From contig NC_020304.1 in NCBI RefSeq assembly GCF_000341395.1, positions 30,001-62,000 of the forward strand: a stretch of DNA of 32,000 nt, written 5' to 3'. The notes beneath the pieces are model-generated. The model was not told the DNA's origin and made no database searches. It saw nothing but the letters and a program-made list of their open reading frames with translations. The stretch comes from Desulfocapsa sulfexigens DSM 10523 (GTDB lineage Bacteria; Desulfobacterota; Desulfobulbia; Desulfobulbales; Desulfocapsaceae). Below are positions 1 to 7,147 of the stretch, one piece after another. How positions within the stretch are numbered: the stretch's first letter is position 1; every line of letters starts with the position of its first letter. The translations under genes and the position numbers were made by a program.

Positions 1-900
1 TCCGGGATGCGGGCATGGATTGGTGAAGTACTTTATGACTTTCCGTCTCCCTGTTATGGCGATCTGGAGAATGGTTTTTCCTATGTGGAAGAGCTCTTTG
101 GTCTCTATTCAGGCCATTCGCTCATTTCAATCACTGCCGATCCCCACTCAGTTTATACCTGTTCACCGGAACTACTGACGCGGCTCGGGAAAGTTGCACA
201 GAGCCATGACAGTCTCTACGCAATTCATCTCTCCGAGAATGAAGCGGAAGTGAACACCTGCAAAGAGCGCTATAACTGCTCCCCGGTAGACCATCTGGAG
301 CGCTTGGGACTACTTGGCCCCAAAACACTGGCTGCTCATTGCGTTATGCTGGATGACAGAGAAATTGCACTTATGGCTGAGCGGGGTGTAAAAGTATCCC
401 ACTGTCAGGAATCAAACATGAAACTTGCCTCGGGCACCGCGCCCGTTGTCAAGATGATCGAAGCTGGTATAGAGGTTGGAATAGGAACGGACGGTGCCGC
501 GTCAAACAACGATGTGGATATGTTCGGAGAGATGAACACGGTTGCTAAGATCCACAAAGTTGCCCGTATGGATCCTACAGCAATGGGCGCTGAACAGACC
601 CTGCATGCAGCAACACTTGGTGGAGCTACAACTCTTGGGGCCAGTGATCATATCGGAACACTTGCAGTCGGCAAAAAAGCGGATATGATTGTACTCAACA
701 TGAACCAACCGCACCTCACACCACTGTATAACATTCCGTCGCACCTTGTCTACGCAGCTCGCGGGTCTGATGTCATCCATTCAATCATAAACGGCAGGAT
801 CGTTATGGAAGACAGAGTTCTCCAAAGCCTTGATGAAGAGCAGATTCTTGCCCGGATGCGAGAGATCGGACAAAACATTGTCAGGCATGGAAAGGATTGA
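1..900 (+). CDS. mtaD: Amidohydrolase family protein, probable 5-methylthioadenosine/S-adenosylhomocysteine deaminase, C-terminal part (5' end outside the window)
   Basis: The ORF is open to the window edge (listed start 7). It has HCVMLDDREIALMAERGVKVSHCQESNMKLASG, GIEVGIGTDGAASNNDVDMFGEM and a C-terminal VGKKADMIVLNMNQPHLTP block, typical of TrzN/MtaD-like deaminases. Confidence 0.8.
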   Translation, partial: SGMRAWIGEVLYDFPSPCYGDLENGFSYVEELFGLYSGHSLISITADPHSVYTCSPELLTRLGKVAQSHDSLYAIHLSENEAEVNTCKERYNCSPVDHLERLGLLGPKTLAAHCVMLDDREIALMAERGVKVSHCQESNMKLASGTAPVVKMIEAGIEVGIGTDGAASNNDVDMFGEMNTVAKIHKVARMDPTAMGAEQTLHAATLGGATTLGASDHIGTLAVGKKADMIVLNMNQPHLTPLYNIPSHLVYAARGSDVIHSIINGRIVMEDRVLQSLDEEQILARMREIGQNIVRHGKD

Positions 901-983
901 CATTCTCGCAGTACTGCTCTACACTCAGTAATCTGTATATAGAAAGTTGTTAACTGTGATTTTATACGTATAGAGGAAGCACT

Positions 984-1169
984 ATGTTTGGACTTGGAAT
1001 GCCTGAGCTAATTGTTATTCTGGTCATTATTGTTATTATTTTTGGTGCTGGCAAACTTCCGGAAATTGGATCGGGAATTGGTAAAGGCATCAAAAATTTT
1101 AAGGATGCCACCAAAAAAGAAGAAACAAAAACGATTGACGAAGACACCAAAGGTGATTCACAGACCTGA
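984..1169 (+). CDS. tatA: Sec-independent protein translocase TatA/E-type protein (61 aa)
   Basis: [40 protein letters not shown]: N-terminal TM, FGxxKLPEIGxxxGK motif and amphipathic helix. Confidence 0.9.
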   Translation: MFGLGMPELIVILVIIVIIFGAGKLPEIGSGIGKGIKNFKDATKKEETKTIDEDTKGDSQT

Positions 1170-1210
1170 GCCGACGGCTCCCCCCGACTTTACTCTAACT
1201 GGAGAAAACC

Positions 1211-1456
1211 ATGTTTGGACTCGGAACCCCTGAATTAGTTGTTATTCTCGGCATTGCTGTTCTTGTTTTCGGAGGAAAAAAACTTCCGGAAATTGGGTCA
1301 GGTCTAGGTAAGGCAATCTCGTCGTTCAAAAACGGGATAAGTGACGTTGAAGACGGCGGCAAGAAAATTCTGGAAGATGTTCCCGGGGTGAAAGAAGTTA
1401 CAGCCGTAAAAGACAAAGTTGATGCAGTAAAAAACATCGGCAATATTCTCAAATAA
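1211..1456 (+). CDS. tatA: Second TatA/E-type protein (81 aa)
   Basis: [42 protein letters not shown]: same motif as the preceding ORF. Confidence 0.9.
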   Translation: MFGLGTPELVVILGIAVLVFGGKKLPEIGSGLGKAISSFKNGISDVEDGGKKILEDVPGVKEVTAVKDKVDAVKNIGNILK

Positions 1457-1491
1457 CCTATCAGTCTGGTCGCCCCAGCAATGAATATGAA

Positions 1492-1520
1492 GGAGAATCG
1501 TAATCGGTTCTCCTTTTTTT
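1492..1520 (+). terminator. Rho-independent terminator after the tatA pair
   Basis: ggagaa-tcgtaatcgg-ttctcc followed by a T tract (ttttttt). Confidence 0.7.
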
Positions 1521-1557
1521 GCCCCCATGATTTTCTTTTTTTCACACTTCATCTTTC

Positions 1558-1585
1558 TTGACAAGTCTCTCCACCTTGACATACT
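1558..1585 (+). promoter_or_regulatory. Possible sigma70-like promoter for the PilZ gene
   Basis: TTGACA (1558-1563), 16 nt spacer, CATACT (1580-1585). A second TTGACA lies at 1576. Weak evidence. Confidence 0.3.
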
Positions 1586-1644
1586 CTAAAAGAGAAAAAA
1601 CTATATTTATGGTTTAGATTTATCTCCTACACCGAAGGGAAATC

Positions 1645-1959
1645 ATGTCAAATCGTCGTAACTATGAGCGCCTGTTGATTCAAAAATTTGCCATTCTGAA
1701 ACTTGCAAATGGCGAAACCATCCAGGGACAAACCCGTGATCTTGGAATGGGTGGAGCCTTTATAGAATGTGCGCCAGATATTCACCTTGAGGAGGGGACA
1801 GAATGTACCATCAGCCTGGTACTCAATGATGAAGAGGAAAGAATGATCACAGAAATATATGGCTGTATCAGCCACTGCGATAACAGCGGGGGACTTGGAT
1901 GTAATTTCCTGAAAATCAACGCCACGTACTACCAGTTCATAGGGGAAGCATCGGATTAA
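1645..1959 (+). CDS. PilZ domain-containing protein (104 aa)
   Basis: RRNYERL...ILKLANGETIQGQTRDLGMGGAFIE: N-terminal RxxxR and a D-x-x-x-G-G loop resembling PilZ. The canonical DxSxxG serine is replaced by glycine. Confidence 0.7.
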   Translation: MSNRRNYERLLIQKFAILKLANGETIQGQTRDLGMGGAFIECAPDIHLEEGTECTISLVLNDEEERMITEIYGCISHCDNSGGLGCNFLKINATYYQFIGEASD

Positions 1960-2022
1960 TGAGAAAACGTGACCACGCCGGGTCAAAACCTGCAAATACT
2001 TGCTGTCATTTCTAATACTTAT

Positions 2023-2361
2023 TCATTTCTTACATTCCTTTTTTATATCAGGCGCAGGCGCCACTAAACAGTCTAAAAGAAATGTTTGCTCTTCTTCATT
2101 AAGGTCGGCACCACGTCGTTTAACCATCCGTTTTATAGTTGCGTCCCAACGACGTTTTGATTTTTCATCCACCTGGCTACAGACACGATCCAGATAGTGA
2201 CAGGACTGGCAACGGTTCAACAAAAGTTCAGCACAACCTGCCTTTGATTCAGCTTGCACACTAAATGGCACCATAAGATAGAGAAATACGACGACAGCAC
2301 TACACCACTTCATACATTTGCTCCTTTGATCGCTGAATTCTGCTACACTCTTTGGAATCAA
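2023..2361 (-). CDS. Small mono-heme c-type cytochrome-like exported protein
   Basis: Hydrophobic N-terminal segment (WCSAVVVFLYLMVPFSVQAES) followed by one CQSCH heme-binding motif. The start codon is uncertain; the signal may begin at an internal Met. Confidence 0.65.
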   Translation of the reverse strand: MIPKSVAEFSDQRSKCMKWCSAVVVFLYLMVPFSVQAESKAGCAELLLNRCQSCHYLDRVCSQVDEKSKRRWDATIKRMVKRRGADLNEEEQTFLLDCLVAPAPDIKKECKK

Positions 2362-2419
2362 TATAACTGTTTACCACGGTAGCACAAAATTCACAAAAAA
2401 CAACCTGATTACCACTAAT

Positions 2420-2525
2420 CCTCAGCCTGCACGCCTGAGGAGGAGTTGGTTCGTGTTGATTATATGGGCATCTGCGGCCTGGACGGCCACAGCAGAGCCC
2501 CCAGGGATGGGTTTATGGCGTCCCT
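2420..2525. other. Multi-hairpin structured intergenic element (candidate ncRNA or interspersed repeat, strand unknown)
   Basis: Stem 1: CCTCAG (2420-2425) with CTGAGG (2435-2440). Stem 2: GGGC (2466-2469) with GCCC (2497-2500), TCTGC (2471-2475) with GCAGA (2492-2496), GGCC (2476-2479) with GGCC (2485-2488). Stem 3: AGGGATG (2503-2509) with CGTCCCT (2519-2525, one G-U pair). Confidence 0.55.
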
Positions 2526-2695
2526 TATAGTCGACACGGAACAGCTCCGGGTTGCAAAGCTGAGTTTCGATGGTAATCAGGAAAAACAATTATTCGGGTG
2601 AAACGATAACATTACAAAACAAACGCCAGTTTCTTCATGGGGGAACACTAATCAGGAACGACAGGTTCCCCCTGCATGAATACCTGTCCAATCAA

Positions 2696-3967
2696 TCAGG
2701 CAGGAGTAGTTCCCTCCACTCTTGCAATCACCGAAGCAAGTCCTCTCTCTTTTTCCCGGTCTGGAAACAGAACTGCCAGAAGATCACGTCTCTCTTCCTG
2801 ATCACGTCGCCTCAGACGACGTTTTGCAATTTCCCGAACTTCCTCCTGCCGTATTGTCACCATCTGTCGCAGAAAAATCTGTGCCTCGGAAAACTCTCTT
2901 TCTGAAATCGTCCCAGTGCCATTCTCGTCTTTTTCCTTCATGGCAAGTTTTATTTCCTGAACAGGTCTGACCTCCCCATCCTCAGTGAGAAAAAAACCAT
3001 TGGCTGCAACCTCGCCCATAAGTACATTATCTCGATCCCGCAGTTGAAATGCGGTCTTGTCATGGGTCAGACAGATGGCTCCTACGCCAGCCTCCTGAAG
3101 ACTGAGAAGTGCAGCCTCTCCTGATTTCTCGGGAGACCAGATGCGAAGTTTTTTAAAAATCTCATCATTCTCATCAATCCAGCCATTCCTATCCATATCG
3201 TGTAAGGCCAGTTCCTGAAATCCATAGCCAGTGCTTGGTCCAAAAAGTTCGCTTCCGTTATTAATTTTTTTATCATTATTTAAATCAAGAGCGAGAAACC
3301 CACTACCGGGCTGCAATGAAAAAGATTCATCGCTAATCCCGTCACTATCCAGATCAAACTGGAAACTGCGATTTGCTAGATTTTCTAAGTTGCAATCAAA
3401 GTTAAAGACCAGCGGATCCATCAACACCCCGCCTGCCCCACGCCATGCCATGCTCTCGGTAACACGTGCTTGCCGCTCCATACTGAGATCAAGTGAAAAA
3501 TTCAGATCCCGCCCATCTTCCAACTGCACTGAACCGGAAGAGTGAATAGAGACCTTTTCATAGTGGTAGCTAGTAGAAACAGATGCAAAAGAAAACACAG
3601 CAATCTTTCCTGGTGGGTTCAGAGGTTCCGACAAGATAACATTTCCCTGGCCCTCAAGTCCTTGAATCCTCCTTAAGCGGACCCGTTGTCCAACTACCTC
3701 AGTTACCATCTGTTCCAAAGCATGATCGGCAGTGGTTTTGTATTCTTTTTCTCCATCGGTGCAGTGTACCGTACTTATGGCCGTACACTCCTGTGACTGA
3801 CGGCTTTCTTCGACCCTTTCCCTTCGCAGGTCTGGTTCTCCAGAGAGATTAAGCCGAAATTCCGGATCCTCCCCCAACCTGCCTGCCACCATTTGCGCTA
3901 CTCTCCCGGTCACATCCCTGTGTTCTGCCGACGCGTCCATGCTGATGTGGGAAGTGTTAATTTTCAT
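2696..3967 (-). CDS. EF-hand-like calcium-binding protein of unknown function (423 aa)
   Basis: Asp-rich repeats DLDSDGISDESF, ALDLNNDKKINNGSELF and MDRNGWIDENDEIF. No obvious N-terminal signal peptide. Confidence 0.7.
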   Translation of the reverse strand: MKINTSHISMDASAEHRDVTGRVAQMVAGRLGEDPEFRLNLSGEPDLRRERVEESRQSQECTAISTVHCTDGEKEYKTTADHALEQMVTEVVGQRVRLRRIQGLEGQGNVILSEPLNPPGKIAVFSFASVSTSYHYEKVSIHSSGSVQLEDGRDLNFSLDLSMERQARVTESMAWRGAGGVLMDPLVFNFDCNLENLANRSFQFDLDSDGISDESFSLQPGSGFLALDLNNDKKINNGSELFGPSTGYGFQELALHDMDRNGWIDENDEIFKKLRIWSPEKSGEAALLSLQEAGVGAICLTHDKTAFQLRDRDNVLMGEVAANGFFLTEDGEVRPVQEIKLAMKEKDENGTGTISEREFSEAQIFLRQMVTIRQEEVREIAKRRLRRRDQEERRDLLAVLFPDREKERGLASVIARVEGTTPA

Positions 3968-4258
3968 GTCACTCCTCCTGCGTCAAATAAATCATTGCGG
4001 CCGTTGGCCATTATTCCCTTTCCTGACAAAAAAGAAAAGGACTCCATTTATTCATATCGACACATCCTGAAAATTGTTAACGACCGTAATGCCCTTTCAT
4101 CTTGACAATGGATGGGTTACGTTGTAAGCATCTTGGTTTGCCTACTTTTTTATCTTTTTTTTACAAAGAGGATAAAAATAAAAGAGAATTCACAAACAAA
4201 CAATCTGTCGTTTTTTATAAACCAGCGGATATATCTTTTAACCAATCAGGAGTAATGC

Positions 4259-5401
4259 ATGTGTCGTTTAGCCCTGAAAACCGCCAGTGAGGCCTTCTCT
4301 CCATATGAAGTTCTCCAGGGCATGGAGGCTATGCAGGAAGGTTACGATGGCTCCGGCCTCGGACTTCTTCTGCGCGGTCTTGATTTTGATGATTACACCT
4401 ACAATACCAAAAACCCAGTTCTTTCAGGTATTGCCCATACTGAAGAGGCGTGGGACCGTCTCAGGAACTATATGGACAGTCACGGTTTTGAACTGAAGTA
4501 TGACCATGACTTTGACACCGCTCCCGGTCATCTGAAAGCACATAACAGATATCGTTATTTTCTTCGTGTTTACAAGTTACCACAATCAATCTCAGAGAAG
4601 TCAGAGGAAGAGATTGAGCATGATTTAATGATGACCCGGCTTGCACTCAGAAAAGACGGAGAACTCCATGGCGACGATCTCACAGTTTTTTCTTTCTGGC
4701 CAGATGTTGCCACTATCAAGGAAGTTGGCTGGCCACTTGAAATTGGTGACGGGCTGAGACTGTTCGACAACCGGATCAAATCCCGGGTCTGTATGGCACA
4801 GGGACGTCAGAACACCAACTACGGGATCAACCTTTATGCCTGCCATCCCTTCTTTATCCAGGGAATCGCCACCATGACCAACGGGGAAAACACTGCTTTT
4901 GTTCCCATCCGTGACTGGCTGCTCGGCAAACATTTTCCAGGATACACCGGATATCAGAGTGACTCGGAGACCTTCACACACATTCTCCACTACACCTTAA
5001 AGCAGCTCAAACTCCCTCTCCAGGCCTACAAACACATCATCACCCCTCTTCGGGGCGATGAACTGGCCAATCATCCTCAGGGAGATTTTTTAAGAGGTCT
5101 TCGTGATTCCTGTCGACGCCTTATCATTGACGGACCCAATGCAGTTATTGGAACCCTGCCCGATGAGACCTGTATGCTGGTTATGGATCAGAAAAAATTA
5201 CGCCCCGCAACCGTGGGTGGAAGGCCTGGTGCCTGGGCAATCGCATCAGAAATGTGCGGTGTTGATGCCATGGTACCCGACCGTGATCCATCACTTGATT
5301 TCCAACCCATGCGTGAACACACAATTCTTGTACCACCAGAACGAAAGGAACTGACAATATGGTCTCAGCACGATCCGTATCCGTTGGGCCAGGCAGCTTA
5401 A
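4259..5401 (+). CDS. Glutamate synthase, class-II glutamine amidotransferase domain encoded as a separate subunit
   Basis: Begins Met-Cys (candidate N-terminal nucleophile, MCRLALKTAS). GSGLGLLLRGL, RYFLRVYKLP, GQNTNYGINLYACHPFFIQG, ATMTNGENTAF, GPNAVIGTLPDETCMLVMDQKKLRPATVGG. Confidence 0.8.
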   Translation: MCRLALKTASEAFSPYEVLQGMEAMQEGYDGSGLGLLLRGLDFDDYTYNTKNPVLSGIAHTEEAWDRLRNYMDSHGFELKYDHDFDTAPGHLKAHNRYRYFLRVYKLPQSISEKSEEEIEHDLMMTRLALRKDGELHGDDLTVFSFWPDVATIKEVGWPLEIGDGLRLFDNRIKSRVCMAQGRQNTNYGINLYACHPFFIQGIATMTNGENTAFVPIRDWLLGKHFPGYTGYQSDSETFTHILHYTLKQLKLPLQAYKHIITPLRGDELANHPQGDFLRGLRDSCRRLIIDGPNAVIGTLPDETCMLVMDQKKLRPATVGGRPGAWAIASEMCGVDAMVPDRDPSLDFQPMREHTILVPPERKELTIWSQHDPYPLGQAA

Positions 5402-6999
5402 GCTACACTGACCTGCCCTGGATAATCCAGCACCGCGAAGATAGATGTACCCTCTGTGGTCATTGTACCGCAGTTTGTCCTAAAGAGGCAATCTATCTCG
5501 CCTATAGACGCCAGAGGATGCCAAAACTTGACGTCCTCAAGAAAAAACGCGGCAATGAATACCGTACTTTTGTCGGTATCCGCCAGAAAAAGAACATGGC
5601 CAATGCCTGCATCGGTTGCTCCATGTGCTCCATGGTCTGTCCAAACGAGGCAATCCAGCCCGTTCCCAATACTAACGAGCACAGAACTCTCTTCTTCAAC
5701 AACCAGAAGGGTGAGCCCATGAAGCGTGGCGGCAGACGTAACGAAGTCGGCCCCACCCTGCTTGACAGGATCATGTTTAACCGCATTTCAATGCTCACCG
5801 ATCCGGCACTGGATGCCGGACGCCACGAGTTCAGTGTTACCACAACCCTGGGTCGCACTCTTGATCCGGCAGAGTTCCTGAAACGCACGCGCGAGGGGGG
5901 ATGGATTCCGCCAACACGGGAAATATTTCCTTTTGTAATCGGCTCCATGTCTTTTGGTGCGCTGTCGCCAAATATGTGGCTTGGGTTGCTGCAGGGTGTT
6001 GCCTATTGTAATGAAGTACTTGGTATCCCAGTCGTTATGTGTACTGGTGAAGGAGGATGTCCTCCATGGGTTCTGAAAAGCCCCTACCTCAAGTACATTG
6101 TCCTGCAGATTGCATCCGGTTATTTTGGTTGGGATGAGATCATCCGGGCCATTCCCGATATGCAGTGTGACCCTGCCGCCATAGAAATAAAATATGGTCA
6201 AGGTGCTAAACCAGGCGACGGCGGACTGCTTATGTGGTTCAAGGTCTCCAAGTTGATTGCTCGTCTTCGCGGTGTGCCCGAAGGAGTAGACCTTCCGTCG
6301 CCTCCTGTGCACCAGACGCTCTATTCCATTGAGGAATCGGTGATGAAGATGATCCAGACCCTGTCCACCGCCTTTGGTCACAAGGTTCCGATCTATCCAA
6401 AGATCTCGGCCTCAACGAGTGCCAAATCAGTACTGAATAATCTGGTACGTAATCCCTATGCCGGTGGTCTGCTGATCGATGGAATCGATGGTGGAACAGG
6501 TGCTGCTTACAACGTCTCCATGGATGCAACGGGACACCCTATTGCCTCCAATGTGCGTGAGTGCTATCTCGATCTGGTTGCACAGGGTAAGCAGAATGAA
6601 ATTCCCATTTTTGCAGCCGGCGGTATCGGTAAAAATGGTAATGTCACCCAGAATGGTCTGGCACTTATCATGCTTGGCGCATCCGGTGTTCATATTGGAA
6701 AATACGTAATGCAAGCTGCTGCAGGTTGTCTTGGCAACGAGAGAAACCGCTGCAATGTCTGCAACGTTGGTATCTGCCCGAAAGGTATCACCAGTCAGAA
6801 TCCTAAACTGTACCGTCGTCTTGATCCCGATCAGGTAGCGGAACGTGTCGCTGAGGTATTTATGTCCATCCGTACTGAGATGAAGAAGGTCATGGCACCG
6901 CTTGGACGTTCCCAGTCCCTGCCGGTTGGCATGTCCGATGCTCTGGGAATTGGTGACAAGGATGCTGCCGACAGACTAAATATAAAATATGTATGTTAG
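5359..6999 (+). CDS. gltB: Glutamate synthase, FMN-binding synthase domain with N-terminal ferredoxin module
   Basis: CTLCGHCTAVCPKEA and CIGCSMCSMVCPNEAIQ upstream of a synthase domain (FGALSPNMWLGLLQGV, EIKYGQGAKPGDGG, ISASTSAKSVLNNLVRNPYAGGLLIDGIDGGTGAA, CNVCNVGICPKGITSQNP). Overlaps the preceding ORF by 43 nt; the exact start is uncertain. Confidence 0.88.
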   Translation: MVSARSVSVGPGSLSYTDLPWIIQHREDRCTLCGHCTAVCPKEAIYLAYRRQRMPKLDVLKKKRGNEYRTFVGIRQKKNMANACIGCSMCSMVCPNEAIQPVPNTNEHRTLFFNNQKGEPMKRGGRRNEVGPTLLDRIMFNRISMLTDPALDAGRHEFSVTTTLGRTLDPAEFLKRTREGGWIPPTREIFPFVIGSMSFGALSPNMWLGLLQGVAYCNEVLGIPVVMCTGEGGCPPWVLKSPYLKYIVLQIASGYFGWDEIIRAIPDMQCDPAAIEIKYGQGAKPGDGGLLMWFKVSKLIARLRGVPEGVDLPSPPVHQTLYSIEESVMKMIQTLSTAFGHKVPIYPKISASTSAKSVLNNLVRNPYAGGLLIDGIDGGTGAAYNVSMDATGHPIASNVRECYLDLVAQGKQNEIPIFAAGGIGKNGNVTQNGLALIMLGASGVHIGKYVMQAAAGCLGNERNRCNVCNVGICPKGITSQNPKLYRRLDPDQVAERVAEVFMSIRTEMKKVMAPLGRSQSLPVGMSDALGIGDKDAADRLNIKYVC

Positions 7000-7050
7000 T
7001 ACCTTAGAAATTCTTTTTGTTTTTCACTAAAAAGAATTTTCTGAAGGTAC
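6999..7050 (+). other. Long imperfect inverted repeat (about 20 bp stem) between two glutamate synthase genes
   Basis: GTACCTT-AGAAA-TTCTTTTT (6999-7018), loop gtttttcact, AAAAAGAA-TTTTCT-g-AAGGTAC (7029-7050). Confidence 0.75.
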
Positions 7051-7147
7051 CTTACACCGGCCTACTACCCGTATTCCGGTGTTAATGAGTTAATCGTTTT
7101 TAGTTTTCCTTCATTTAAACTAAGACTTTTTTCATAAGGAGTTTTCT

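Noticed and set aside
2400-2600. Possible c-di-GMP (GEMM) riboswitch
   Set aside because: Only a weak TTGCAAAGC resemblance; the other conserved GEMM blocks were not found. Kept as a generic structured element.
2570-2905. Plus-strand 111-aa ORF next to the structured element
   Set aside because: Low-complexity Ser/Phe/His-rich translation partly antisense to the EF-hand gene; no recognisable motif.
5502-6381. Long minus-strand ORFs 5502..5948 and 5788..6381 inside gltB
   Set aside because: Antisense to a well-supported glutamate synthase reading frame; the translations show no domain signatures.
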